DNA from: an uncultured virus (IMG/VR IMGVR_UViG_3300042477_000445)
Taxonomy: Duplodnaviria > Heunggongvirae > Uroviricota > Caudoviricetes
DNA: 64,000 bases
Virus record (IMG/VR): IMGVR_UViG_3300042477_000445
Span: 1-64,000 of that record
Strand: one strand, 5' to 3'
Below are positions 42,711 through 52,402 of this stretch, one piece after another (position 1 is the first letter of the stretch; every line of letters begins with the position of its first letter). Below the pieces are notes generated by a model, which was given only the letters and a program-made list of their open reading frames with translations, had not been told where the DNA came from and did no database searches. The translations under genes and the position numbers were made by a program.

Positions 42711-42742
42711 GGCACCAAGAATAAAACCTTGGTGCCTTTTTT
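42711..42742 (+). terminator. Rho-independent terminator
   Basis: GGCACCAAG / CTTGGTGCC perfect 9-bp stem followed by a T run. Confidence 0.88.
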
Positions 42743-42751
42743 ATTTGCGAT

Positions 42752-42759
42752 ACTATTTA
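42752..42759 (+). promoter_or_regulatory. Putative late promoter motif ACTATTTA heading the head/packaging operon
   Basis: Just after the terminator, before AGGAGG and ATG 42785. Confidence 0.65.
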
Positions 42760-42784
42760 TTGTATAATCTCAGGAGGATTAGTT

Positions 42785-42949
42785 ATGGCAGATCAAAAAC
42801 CAAAAGGACACGGACCAGCAAAAGTTGCTCCATTTACACAAAGCCCAGGTACAGGAAAAGGAAGTAATTGGCCAAAACCAGGTGCTCCAAATACAAAAGG
42901 TTTCAGTGAAAAAGTTGGCAAAGGCCACAGCGCTCCAAAGCCAAAATAA
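42785..42949 (+). CDS. 54-aa Lys/Gly/Pro-rich basic protein (not in ORF track)
   Basis: MADQKPKGHGPAKVAPFTQSPGTGKGSNWPKPGAPNTKGFSEKVGKGHSAPKPK with AGGAGG RBS. Confidence 0.75.
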   Translation: MADQKPKGHGPAKVAPFTQSPGTGKGSNWPKPGAPNTKGFSEKVGKGHSAPKPK

Positions 42950-42958
42950 GAGGTAGTT

Positions 42959-43315
42959 ATGCCTTTTGATCCAAAACAGATTCCTGCTCTTGAAAAAACA
43001 GTTGAGATCAAGTATGGCGAAAAAGCCATACTTGATCCTTCTGTATTTTGGACTGCAGAAAAAGAAAAGATATACCTTGAACAAGTTAAAGAAGTTGAGA
43101 AATATTATCGTCAACAGCCATACGAAAATTACAAAGATCAAGGTGGATTTATTGTTAAAGAAAAACTACTTAATAAGAGGAACTTTAAAAATTGTTCTTA
43201 CTGCGGAGAGCAAGCATATAAGACAGACGACGAAGTTTATATGACCAAGTTTGATTGCTGTTCTAAATGCTATGTTATACACCTAGAAGGAAGAGAATAC
43301 AAATGGCAGAAATAG
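42959..43315 (+). CDS. Hypothetical protein with C-terminal Cys cluster (putative zinc finger)
   Basis: CSYC ... DCCSKC; GAGG RBS. Confidence 0.75.
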   Translation: MPFDPKQIPALEKTVEIKYGEKAILDPSVFWTAEKEKIYLEQVKEVEKYYRQQPYENYKDQGGFIVKEKLLNKRNFKNCSYCGEQAYKTDDEVYMTKFDCCSKCYVIHLEGREYKWQK

Positions 43316-43893
43316 TAAACAACGAGGTCCAAAATGATATTTACGAAATTGTCCGTGGGATTAGTCAAGCAGCCTCATTGATGTATGATGGACCAACTTA
43401 TAACGAAGATTCAGATAATAGAGTTGGTCTTAGAAGAGAAGAAGGAAGTTATGCTTTTGATAAAAGAATAATGGATGGTCTTCATGTTAAAATGGGTGGA
43501 AGAAAATTAACTATTAATTACCACACAGAAGTTCCCTTAGCGTATATTCACAAAGTAGGCGCTGGCAAATACGAAGATGAAGTAGAAGAAATGTTAGAAA
43601 GAGGATTAACTTTTATTAAAAAAGAATTTAAAAAAATTACTGGCAAAACTCTTTCAGTCAAAGAAGCAAAAAGAACTTTAAAGAATGGTAAGACAGTTAA
43701 GGATTTCGATGTTTTGATTCAACCAGTTTCTCGCTTTAGAACTTCCGTAACAGCACACAAATGTTATGAACTTACGGGTATCCCAGAAGCAGAAGAATAT
43801 AAGAGTGAGATTATCGCTCAATACGATAAGTACCATAGCAAACTCTTTAAGAACAAGAAGAAAGCAGAAGAAGCTCCTAAGCGAGTTGCATGA
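43303..43893 (+). CDS. Hypothetical phage protein
   Basis: ORF directly upstream of terL with ATGA overlap. Confidence 0.7.
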   Translation: MAEIVNNEVQNDIYEIVRGISQAASLMYDGPTYNEDSDNRVGLRREEGSYAFDKRIMDGLHVKMGGRKLTINYHTEVPLAYIHKVGAGKYEDEVEEMLERGLTFIKKEFKKITGKTLSVKEAKRTLKNGKTVKDFDVLIQPVSRFRTSVTAHKCYELTGIPEAEEYKSEIIAQYDKYHSKLFKNKKKAEEAPKRVA

Positions 43894-45470
43894 GTGTCCA
43901 ATTAACTAAGAAGGAAGTTGTTAAAGAAATAATTAAATGCGGGAAAGACCCCATTTATTTTATCAATAACTTTGTCAAAATTTCCCATCCAGTTCAAGGA
44001 CTTATTAGTTTTAAACTTTATCCATTCCAAGAAGATTGTATAAAGCAATTTCAAGATTATAGATTTAATATCGTACTTAAAGCTCGTCAGATGGGTCTTT
44101 CGACTGCAACTGCGGGCTTTATTCTTTGGATGGTATTGTTTCATAGAGAAAAGACTGTCTTATCTGTTGCTACACAATTAAATGTTGCCGTTGGTATGGT
44201 TAAGAAAGTTAAGACCATGTACAAGAATCTTCCAGAGTGGATGAAAATTGCAAAGATTCAGGGAGACAACAAATCCACACTAGAACTTAATAATGGTTCT
44301 TGGGTCAAGGCGGCGTCCACAACTGGCGACTCTGGTCGTTCTGAAGCACTCTCTTTGCTTGTCGTTGACGAAGCTGGCATCATCCAGGGTATGGATGAAA
44401 TGTGGGCTGGTATTTACCCCACGATCGCTACTGGTGGTCGCTGTATTGCAGTATCAACTCCAAAGGGTGTTGGTAACTGGTTTCATAAAACATATACTGA
44501 TGCAGAACAAGGAAAGAATAACTTTAACCCTATTAAATTAAACTGGGACTCACACCCCGACCGAGATCAAAAATGGTTCGATAGCGAAACAAGAAACATG
44601 GGTAAAAAAGAAATTGCCCAAGAATATGAATGCTCTTTTAATTTCTCAGGAAATACGATTGTTGATGGAGAAATTATACAAGAAATAAAAATAAACTGTA
44701 TGAAACCAGATCGTCGTGGTGGATTCGACGGAAACTTGTGGATTTTTAAAGAACCAGAACCAGGTAGAAGATATTTACTTTCTGCTGACGTTGCCCGTGG
44801 CGATGCAGAAGATAATTCAGCATTCCACGTATTTGATGTAGATTCTATGGAACAAGTGGCAGAGTATCAAGGTAAAATAACTCCAGAACTTTATGCCGAC
44901 CTTTTGTTTCAAATATCAAAAGACTATGGTCTATGTTTAACAATTGTAGAAAATAACTCCTTTGGATATGGTGTACTGGAAAAACTCAAATCAATGAGAC
45001 ATCCATCCATTTACCACCACAAAAAATCAAGTTATGATTTTATTGAGCCAATGACAGCAACATATGATTCCAGCGCTGTTCCTGGTTTTTCTACTAATGT
45101 TAAGATGCGTCCTCTTGCTATTGCAAAAATGGAAGAGTTTTTACGAACCAAGTCTGTAAAAATCAATTCCGAAAGACTAATTACAGAGTTAGAAACATTT
45201 GTTTGGAATAACGGCAAAGCGGAGGCAATTAAAGGTTGTAATGATGATTTAGTAATGTCCCTTGCTATTGCCTGTTGGGTAAGAGAAGGGGCCTTAATTA
45301 TTTCCCAAAGAGATGTACAATATCGTCAAGCATTCATAACAGGATTGTCAGTTGGCGGTAGAACATTTGAGTCATCAATACCAGGAATGCCTCAACATGC
45401 TACCGCCGAAAAAAGAAAAAGATGGGCAGAAGCCTACAACAATGCAAGAGAATTTTCTTGGTTAAAGTGA
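43890..45470 (+). CDS. terL: Terminase large subunit (T4 gp17-like)
   Basis: LYPFQ, KARQMGLST (Walker A), LLVVDEA (Walker B), VSTPKG, QEYEC, ADVARG, DDLVMSLA. Confidence 0.96.
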   Translation: MSVQLTKKEVVKEIIKCGKDPIYFINNFVKISHPVQGLISFKLYPFQEDCIKQFQDYRFNIVLKARQMGLSTATAGFILWMVLFHREKTVLSVATQLNVAVGMVKKVKTMYKNLPEWMKIAKIQGDNKSTLELNNGSWVKAASTTGDSGRSEALSLLVVDEAGIIQGMDEMWAGIYPTIATGGRCIAVSTPKGVGNWFHKTYTDAEQGKNNFNPIKLNWDSHPDRDQKWFDSETRNMGKKEIAQEYECSFNFSGNTIVDGEIIQEIKINCMKPDRRGGFDGNLWIFKEPEPGRRYLLSADVARGDAEDNSAFHVFDVDSMEQVAEYQGKITPELYADLLFQISKDYGLCLTIVENNSFGYGVLEKLKSMRHPSIYHHKKSSYDFIEPMTATYDSSAVPGFSTNVKMRPLAIAKMEEFLRTKSVKINSERLITELETFVWNNGKAEAIKGCNDDLVMSLAIACWVREGALIISQRDVQYRQAFITGLSVGGRTFESSIPGMPQHATAEKRKRWAEAYNNAREFSWLK

Positions 45471-45479
45471 GAATAAAAT

Positions 45480-47531
45480 ATGGCAGACAAAAAACCAGAT
45501 TATACAAAAAATATACAAAATCACAACTCTCCTTTGTTCAAGAGACTAACCAAGTTATTTTCTGGTCCTATTGTCAATTTTAGAGCGCAAAAACCAACAA
45601 GAGAAAGAAAATATCAATTAGATAAATATGCTAGTCGTTTTAATTCTCTCCAAGGTTTATCATACAAGAAAAACGTCTACAACCCATTTGACTCACTGCG
45701 CTCTGGAAACATGGCAATCCAAAGCCGTGCGGAAAGATATGTTGACTTTGAACAAATGGAATTTTATCCAGAGTTAGCATCGGCTCTTGATGTTTATGCA
45801 GATGAAATGACGACCTTTACAGAGGTTTCAAAACTATTAAAGATTGATTGCCATAACGAAGAAATCAAGAACATTATTGACACATTGTTCTACAAGACAT
45901 TAAATATTGAATCAAACCTGTTTAACTGGGCAAGAACAATGTGCAAGTATGGAGATTTCTTTTTATATCTTGATACAGACGAAGTCTTGGGTGTTAAATC
46001 AGCAATTGGTCTTCCTTCTCAAGAGATTGAAAGACTAGAAGGCGAAGATCAAACCAATCCAAACTATATTCAGTTCCAGTGGAATGCTGGTGGTTTAACT
46101 TTTGAGAACTGGCAGATTGCTCACTTTCGTGTACTGGGTAATGATAAGTATTCTCCCTATGGTACATCTGTATTAGATCCAGCAAGAAGAATTTGGAGAC
46201 AATTAATTCTTGTAGAAGATGCAATGATGGCAGCGCGTGTTATTCGTGCTCCAGATAGAAAAGTATTTGAGATCGACGTTTCTGGTATTCCCCCAGAAGA
46301 TGTTGAACAATACATGCAGAGAGTCATTACTCAACTCAAAAGACATCAAGTTGTAGATGATACAACAGGGCAAGTAGATCTTCGCTATAATCCTCTAAGC
46401 GTAGAAGAAGATTATTATCTGCCTGTCCGCGCTGGTTCGGCATCCAAGATCACTCCACTTGCCGGTCAAAAAGGTATTGATTCAATTGATGATATTAAAT
46501 ACCTAAAAGATAAATTGTTTGCGGCGATTAAGATTCCAAAAGCTTATCTATCTCAATCAGATCAAGGAGGGGAAGATAAATCAACACTTGCTCAGAAAGA
46601 CATTCGTTTTGCTAGAACAATTCAAAGACTACAAAGAGCAATGCTTTCAGAAATGGAAAAAATTGGTATTGTTCACCTTTATACTCTTGGATTTAGAGGT
46701 GATGATTTAATCTCATTTAAACTTACTCTTAATAATCCTTCTCGTATTGCTCAAATGCAAGAACTAGAGGGATTAAGTCAAAAACTTGATGTTGCTTCAA
46801 AAGCGCTTGGTGCAAACTTTTTCTCTCGTCAATATGTTTCTAAGAATATATTTGGCATGTCTGACGAAGATTTCGAGAAGATTGAAAGACAGCGTTTCTA
46901 CGATAAGAGAGTTGATGCTGCTCTTGAAGCATCTGCTCAAGATACTCCAACAGCAGGAGATATGAGTGGACTTGGCGCACCAGCAGGCGCAGAAACTCCA
47001 ACAGCAGGAGCAGAGGCAACGCTTCCAACAGAAGCCCCGGGCGGACTAGGAGCAGGATTAACACCACCAACGCCCGAAGGAGAAACACCAGCAGGAGAAA
47101 CACCAGAGGCAGGAGCAGAAGCCCCACCCGCCCCAGGTGAAGAAGGCGGATCAGCACTATTAGCAGCGCCACCACCAACAGCACCAGCCAAAAGAGACAG
47201 TGTTGTAGCAAGGGACGACAAAGATAAACCAGTTAAAATTGAATATGCCGATGGAGCGTACATAACTCTTGGTTCAAAGGGCAAAAAATATAAACCAGTT
47301 GATGATGACAAAAGAGAAGATCGCGGACCATTTACAAGACATGTTAAATCTTTATGGGGAAGTCAAGCGTATGGTAAGAACTCCAAGAGAAATACTTTCG
47401 GATTTGGATATGTTACATCAGATCGTTTAGCAAAAGGTATTGCAGAGTCAATTGATACTAATTATAATAAGTCAGCCGAGGATCAATTAAATAAACTTGA
47501 CCGGGATTTAGAAACCATAATGGAAGAGTAA
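45480..47531 (+). CDS. Portal protein (T4 gp20-like) with low-complexity C-terminal extension
   Basis: PYGTSVL--ARRIWRQL-LVEDAM---RVIRAPDRKVF-IDV, EEDYYLP, KIPKAYL, DIRFARTIQRLQ. Confidence 0.95.
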   Translation: MADKKPDYTKNIQNHNSPLFKRLTKLFSGPIVNFRAQKPTRERKYQLDKYASRFNSLQGLSYKKNVYNPFDSLRSGNMAIQSRAERYVDFEQMEFYPELASALDVYADEMTTFTEVSKLLKIDCHNEEIKNIIDTLFYKTLNIESNLFNWARTMCKYGDFFLYLDTDEVLGVKSAIGLPSQEIERLEGEDQTNPNYIQFQWNAGGLTFENWQIAHFRVLGNDKYSPYGTSVLDPARRIWRQLILVEDAMMAARVIRAPDRKVFEIDVSGIPPEDVEQYMQRVITQLKRHQVVDDTTGQVDLRYNPLSVEEDYYLPVRAGSASKITPLAGQKGIDSIDDIKYLKDKLFAAIKIPKAYLSQSDQGGEDKSTLAQKDIRFARTIQRLQRAMLSEMEKIGIVHLYTLGFRGDDLISFKLTLNNPSRIAQMQELEGLSQKLDVASKALGANFFSRQYVSKNIFGMSDEDFEKIERQRFYDKRVDAALEASAQDTPTAGDMSGLGAPAGAETPTAGAEATLPTEAPGGLGAGLTPPTPEGETPAGETPEAGAEAPPAPGEEGGSALLAAPPPTAPAKRDSVVARDDKDKPVKIEYADGAYITLGSKGKKYKPVDDDKREDRGPFTRHVKSLWGSQAYGKNSKRNTFGFGYVTSDRLAKGIAESIDTNYNKSAEDQLNKLDRDLETIMEE

Positions 47532-47533
47532 AA

Positions 47534-48352
47534 ATGAAGATAAACCACAATAAAAAAAGAAATACATTATTTTTATACGAAGCTCTTGTAAGAGAATACA
47601 CAAAAGCAAAATTAGATAATGATCCAAGAAAATTACAAGAGATTCGTAATTTATTTGTGGAATATTTTTCAGAAGGAAAAGTTCTCAAAGAAGAACTAAA
47701 AATTTATAAAGCCGTTCTTGAAACAAAAAATGTAGATAAAGAATTGGCAGAAAGAATTTTATCAGAAGCGAAAAGAATGTATTCTGGTCTTGGAATGGAT
47801 AAAGTGTTCCAACAACAGAGTTCTTTGATCGCTAAAGTTAATCGTTCGTTAACTCCTAAGTTTTTTGCAAATTATGTTCCAAACTATAAAGATATTGCTA
47901 CTCTTCAACAAATCTTTGGAGAAAAAGTTTCCATTCCAGCAAGAATGTTGATGGAGAGACAAGCGATTGAGAAGATGACAGTTGGTGAACAAACATTAGA
48001 TCAAATTAATGAGAAAATTGATAAGTATGTTGTTCATAGTTATTTAAATGCTTTTAACAAAAAATACTCTGATCTATTAGAAAACCAGAAGTCTTTATTG
48101 AAGAAATATATGACTGCAACAGAAGATGATAATACTGATTTTGTTGTTTTCTTAAACGAAGAATTACAAAACATTTCTTCTAAATTAAATACTGCTCACA
48201 ATGTTGCAGAGATTAAAGAAGACAAAGAAATTCTAAAGAAATTAGTCGAAGTCAAAAAGAGATTTAACACTCTCAAAGATGAAGAAATTGACGAGAAGTA
48301 TCTACAAAAGATCCTTAAATTCCAAAAACTCGTCAATGAATTAGAGAACTAA
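47534..48352 (+). CDS. Hypothetical head-module protein
   Basis: HNKKRNT N-terminus, helical; directly after portal. Confidence 0.7.
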   Translation: MKINHNKKRNTLFLYEALVREYTKAKLDNDPRKLQEIRNLFVEYFSEGKVLKEELKIYKAVLETKNVDKELAERILSEAKRMYSGLGMDKVFQQQSSLIAKVNRSLTPKFFANYVPNYKDIATLQQIFGEKVSIPARMLMERQAIEKMTVGEQTLDQINEKIDKYVVHSYLNAFNKKYSDLLENQKSLLKKYMTATEDDNTDFVVFLNEELQNISSKLNTAHNVAEIKEDKEILKKLVEVKKRFNTLKDEEIDEKYLQKILKFQKLVNELEN

Positions 48353-48355
48353 AAT

Positions 48356-48967
48356 ATGGCAATAACTATTAAAATAACAGACAATGAAGTTGCAGCTGCT
48401 GGTGTTAATCCAGAAGATATTGGAACACCTATAGGTGCAACTGAAGAACCAAAGAAAGAAGAAATTAAAATTATCTTTGGACCAAGGTTCTTAAAAGTTA
48501 AACTTAATATAAGAAAAACTTTGGACAATAATATTGTTATTTACGATCATCCTTTAATTGATATAGTAGTTATTCCATCTAAGAATAAAATATTCACAAT
48601 TCCAAAAGATAATGTAACATCTGATACATATCCTGCTCAAAATAGATATTTTAAGTTCCTAGATACCAAAGGAGTTTTGGTTAAAGGAACCATTAGAAGT
48701 GGAGCGATAATAAATTCACTAGAATCATTTTATCCGCCAAACGATAAGATTGATGTTTTACAAGTTATAATTCTTCTTACCAAGAGATTTCTTGAAAAAG
48801 AAATGGAGTTTATTGATATAGCAAAGAATTATGAAGAAAATGTAGAAGATATGTATGTCAATCCAGACGAAGAAGACACAACAGAACTTGGTGAAGTTCC
48901 ACAAAAACCAAGAAAGGGACATGTAAATATCTATCAAACTGCTTATGGTATTCTGTACAGAGTGTAG
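48356..48967 (+). CDS. Hypothetical head-module protein
   Basis: ORF, tight packing. Confidence 0.7.
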   Translation: MAITIKITDNEVAAAGVNPEDIGTPIGATEEPKKEEIKIIFGPRFLKVKLNIRKTLDNNIVIYDHPLIDIVVIPSKNKIFTIPKDNVTSDTYPAQNRYFKFLDTKGVLVKGTIRSGAIINSLESFYPPNDKIDVLQVIILLTKRFLEKEMEFIDIAKNYEENVEDMYVNPDEEDTTELGEVPQKPRKGHVNIYQTAYGILYRV

Positions 48968-48974
48968 GTGAAGA

Positions 48975-51599
48975 ATGCCTATTAATAATTCAAACTTAAA
49001 AAAGGGCATTAGTTTAGTAGGTATTTCTTCTCCTGCTAATTTAAAGATTTATCCAACTGGATCTTATGTTATTCCACCAGGAACAGATGGTTATGTGTTA
49101 CAATCTGATTCTACTTCTCTAACTGGATTCTCTTGGGTTTCTGCAAGCGGTGGAGGTGGTGGTGGCTCTCCTACTGGCAATGCAGGAGGGGATTTAACAG
49201 GTTCCTATCCAAATCCAACATTAAAGACAATAACTACCGCCGCAACATCTGGTTCTGCTTCCGTGGTTCCTGTCGTGACAGTGGATGCAAAAGGCAGAGT
49301 AACAGGCATGTCCTCTGCAAACATTGCCATTTCTCAATCTGCTGTTGCAAATTTAACAACCGATTTGTCCTCTAAACTTGCCTTAACTGGCGGAACAATG
49401 ACAGGAAATTTAAATATTTCTGCCGGAAATCAATTGTTTTTACAGGGAGTAGGAAATCTTCGTCTTGGTGTTGGGTTTTCTGTTGGAAATTTTTCTAATG
49501 CAAATGCAGTTGTAGAATTTAAACCGAGCACTTCTTCTAGGTTTACCTTTTTGGATAATGTAAATGGAGCATTAAAAAATCCAGTTCTCGCCCTTTGTAA
49601 TTTGGACGGAGCAGGAAAAGGAATGGCATTGTTTGCTGATTCAAATTCGTCAGCATTCATCTATAGTGATAACGGAAATTTTGACATTACAAGCGATACA
49701 AAGGCTCGCATTGAAGCATCAACCTTTGGTTTAGGAACTTTAAGATTTCGGGTTGATAATAGTGGTTCTGCTTATGTTACAAATAAAATGTATGTCGGTG
49801 GCACGGTTGTACCAACAGCATTAATACATCTTAAAGCAGGAACAGCGACAGCAAATACAGCGCCTTTGAAATTTGCATCTGGTTCTCTTCTGACCTCGCC
49901 AGAAGCCGGTGCTGTTGAGTTTAATGGAGATAATCTTTACCTAACTATTACAAGCAGCACTGCCCGTAAAAACATTCTTTTAGCAGATAATGGTCTAACA
50001 TTCGGACAAATTCCTTTTACAACAGGAAGCGGCAGATTGGCAGGAAGCTCTGCTTTGACATACACAGCAAGCAATTCAACTTTGAACATGTCTTTCAATC
50101 AAAGCGCAAGAACTGCTATGATTGTTACAAACAACAGCACAAATCCTGCTGGTGAAGCTGGATTTTCTGGTGTAACAACTGCGGGAACAGCTTTCTTCGG
50201 GATGGGAAGTAGCGCAAGCTCAAAATCCGCCGGTATTTTAATTTATACAAACGAGTCAGTTCCTGTGTCGTTTTGGAATAATAATACCCGCGCCATGACC
50301 ATAAATACCTCACAGCAACTTGGTATTGGTGTTTCTAATGCTACTGCGAATTTACATATAAAAGCAGGAACGGCAACTGCAAACACAGCGCCTTTGAAAT
50401 TTAACTCTGGAACTCTACTTGGTACAGCAGAAGCGGGTGCTATTGAATTTTTAACTGATAAGTATTATGCTTCAATTACAACTGGTCCTTCAAGAAAAGA
50501 AATTGCTTTAAGCGAAGGTCTAACATCTGGTCGAGTTCCTTTTGCCACAACAAATGGAAGATTAACAGATAATGCCAATCTAACATATAACACAACAAAC
50601 CTAATGTTGATGAGTGGTTCGTTTATGACTTCGCCAACATCAGGTGTTACTGCTTCAATTAGTGTTTTTGGTTCTGGAACTGTTGGTGGTTCTACATACC
50701 TTGATTTTATGCGTGTTACAAATGCTTCTTCTGGGGCAGGAACTCCCGCTAAAACATTTAGAGTGGATAATAGTGGTTCGCTTGAAATAGTAAATAATGC
50801 TTATAATCAAGTATTACTTTCTTTAACCGACAACGGAAATCTTTCTGTAAACGGAACCACAGCAGCAACAGTTGTAAGCAATGATGCAACTTCTGGTTCT
50901 TTGAGATTCAATAACAATAATAGTCAAATATATGACGACGGAAATTTCCACATTCATTCTAGAGGCACTGGACAATCATTGTGGATTAATGCGAATAGTG
51001 GTTCAATTATTATAGGAAATCAAAGTCCCGTTTCTGGTGGAGCAGCAGCAACTGCAATCACAATGGGTTCTTCTACAACCGCAACTGCATACGTAAGTAT
51101 GTATGGTAGCAAAACTTACACCATAGGTAGTTATGGTTATGTTTTTGCCGGTGGTGCTGGTGGACCATTAAGCGGCACAACAGCACCATATACTTTATAT
51201 TGCGATAATCGTATTCAATGTTCAGAACTTGATGCAACATCTGATGAAAGATTAAAAGACATACAAGGAGAAATTCCGCTACAAGAAGCCATTGATTTGG
51301 TAAACAATGTAAAGCCTATCAAGTTTACTTGGAAAGACGGCGAAGATAAAGGATTAAAAACAGGTTTCTCTGCACAACAAACTCATAAAGCCGGATTCGA
51401 CCATTTAGTCGGAGCAATTAAAAATGAAAAGGTGAAAGAAGAGATTGACGAAGACGGATTTGTAAGCCCAGATCAAGTTCAACTTACAATCGCTTATGAC
51501 CAAGTAATCCCATATCACACAGCAGTAATAAAACATTTATTAGAGAAGATTGAAAAACTGGAACAAACTGTGGCAGAATTACAAGCAAAGAATAAATAA
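48975..51599 (+). CDS. Fibre/spike protein with C-terminal intramolecular chaperone (peptidase S74)
   Basis: AGGDLTGSYPNPT, VTVDAKGRVT, LTGGTMTGNL fibre motifs; SDERLK, F-W, GFSAQQ and a terminal coiled coil. Confidence 0.88.
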   Translation: MPINNSNLKKGISLVGISSPANLKIYPTGSYVIPPGTDGYVLQSDSTSLTGFSWVSASGGGGGGSPTGNAGGDLTGSYPNPTLKTITTAATSGSASVVPVVTVDAKGRVTGMSSANIAISQSAVANLTTDLSSKLALTGGTMTGNLNISAGNQLFLQGVGNLRLGVGFSVGNFSNANAVVEFKPSTSSRFTFLDNVNGALKNPVLALCNLDGAGKGMALFADSNSSAFIYSDNGNFDITSDTKARIEASTFGLGTLRFRVDNSGSAYVTNKMYVGGTVVPTALIHLKAGTATANTAPLKFASGSLLTSPEAGAVEFNGDNLYLTITSSTARKNILLADNGLTFGQIPFTTGSGRLAGSSALTYTASNSTLNMSFNQSARTAMIVTNNSTNPAGEAGFSGVTTAGTAFFGMGSSASSKSAGILIYTNESVPVSFWNNNTRAMTINTSQQLGIGVSNATANLHIKAGTATANTAPLKFNSGTLLGTAEAGAIEFLTDKYYASITTGPSRKEIALSEGLTSGRVPFATTNGRLTDNANLTYNTTNLMLMSGSFMTSPTSGVTASISVFGSGTVGGSTYLDFMRVTNASSGAGTPAKTFRVDNSGSLEIVNNAYNQVLLSLTDNGNLSVNGTTAATVVSNDATSGSLRFNNNNSQIYDDGNFHIHSRGTGQSLWINANSGSIIIGNQSPVSGGAAATAITMGSSTTATAYVSMYGSKTYTIGSYGYVFAGGAGGPLSGTTAPYTLYCDNRIQCSELDATSDERLKDIQGEIPLQEAIDLVNNVKPIKFTWKDGEDKGLKTGFSAQQTHKAGFDHLVGAIKNEKVKEEIDEDGFVSPDQVQLTIAYDQVIPYHTAVIKHLLEKIEKLEQTVAELQAKNK
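49826..50590 (+). repeat. Internal duplicated module in the fibre gene
   Basis: HLKAGTATANTAPLKFASGSLL...EAGAVEF...GLTFGQIPF versus HIKAGTATANTAPLKFNSGTLL...EAGAIEF...GLTSGRVPF; boundaries approximate. Confidence 0.8.
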
Positions 51600-51611
51600 G
51601 GGAGCAATAAA

Positions 51612-51803
51612 ATGGAAATAACTGTTATTATAAAATTACCAGACGGCACTACAAAAACAGTAGAACTTGTAGGAGCAAATATAAATACAACTTGGAACAG
51701 TACCGTACCATATAATCCATCTTTAACACCAGATGCTCCAATCGTAGGACATCTATCATTGCAAGGTATAATAAAAGATAGTTTATTGGTTGGTTCAGTT
51801 TAA
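51612..51803 (+). CDS. Hypothetical protein
   Basis: GGGAG RBS. Confidence 0.6.
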   Translation: MEITVIIKLPDGTTKTVELVGANINTTWNSTVPYNPSLTPDAPIVGHLSLQGIIKDSLLVGSV

Positions 51804-51813
51804 TAGAGGAACA

Positions 51814-52161
51814 ATGCTACAACTAATTTATTTTATTCTCGTTTCTTACGGTTTAACCCAAATACTTTGTTATGGTAGTATATTAAATCCAATAAGACCA
51901 ACAAAAGGTAAACTTGGAGAACTATTCAAGTGTCCTATGTGTATGGGATTTTGGGTAGGAATGTTCCTATGTGGCATTTCGCCATATACAGAACTATTTA
52001 GTTTTGGACAGACATTTATTAATTTTATCCTGTTGGGGTGCTTAAGTTCAGGAACAAGCTACATACTGAACATGGGAGTAAGCGATGACGGCTTTAATTT
52101 TAAAATCAAATCAGGGAGTCAACCTCTGGACAAACAAGTGGATGAAAAGACCACCAACTAA
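51814..52161 (+). CDS. Small membrane protein with CxxC (DUF1360-like)
   Basis: Hydrophobic segments around CPMCMGFWVG; GAGGA RBS. Confidence 0.7.
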   Translation: MLQLIYFILVSYGLTQILCYGSILNPIRPTKGKLGELFKCPMCMGFWVGMFLCGISPYTELFSFGQTFINFILLGCLSSGTSYILNMGVSDDGFNFKIKSGSQPLDKQVDEKTTN

Positions 52162-52182
52162 TTGTAAGGGCGGGTGCTGACT

Positions 52183-52401
52183 ATGAAAATATCATATGAA
52201 AGATTAAATGAAATTATTGAAGAAGAAGTTTCTAGATTTAAAAATTTAAATGAACAAGTTGGTAATCCAACTCCTGTTGATTCTTCTACATTAAAACAAC
52301 TAAATAGTTTGCTTGATGACGCAAGAAAATTTGCCACGATGAACCAAGCAAATGCTCTCGCAGTAATTTCAGCTGTTTCAAAATTTAAGGCAACACCATA
52401 A
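52183..52401 (+). CDS. Small head-module protein (candidate internal head protein)
   Basis: LNEIIEEEV...LNEQ, rich in L/I-x-E motifs. Confidence 0.6.
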   Translation: MKISYERLNEIIEEEVSRFKNLNEQVGNPTPVDSSTLKQLNSLLDDARKFATMNQANALAVISAVSKFKATP

Positions 52402-52402
52402 T

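Noticed and set aside
42779..43141. Minus-strand ORFs at 42779-43141 and 42793-43029
   Set aside because: Overlap + strand genes that have clear RBS and promoter motifs
43890..45470. Intein or intron in terL
   Set aside because: Normal length with contiguous motifs; no splicing or homing endonuclease signatures seen
46840..47311. Two minus-strand ORFs of 123-124 aa
   Set aside because: Shadows of the GC-richer low-complexity portal tail
49826..50590. Possible DGR template/variable repeat pair in the fibre gene
   Set aside because: Both copies are in-frame coding, differences are not restricted to adenines, and no reverse transcriptase is in the window
52175..52186. Selenocysteine readthrough (GGC-UGA-L)
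   Set aside because: No convincing SECIS hairpin downstream and no Sec machinery in the window
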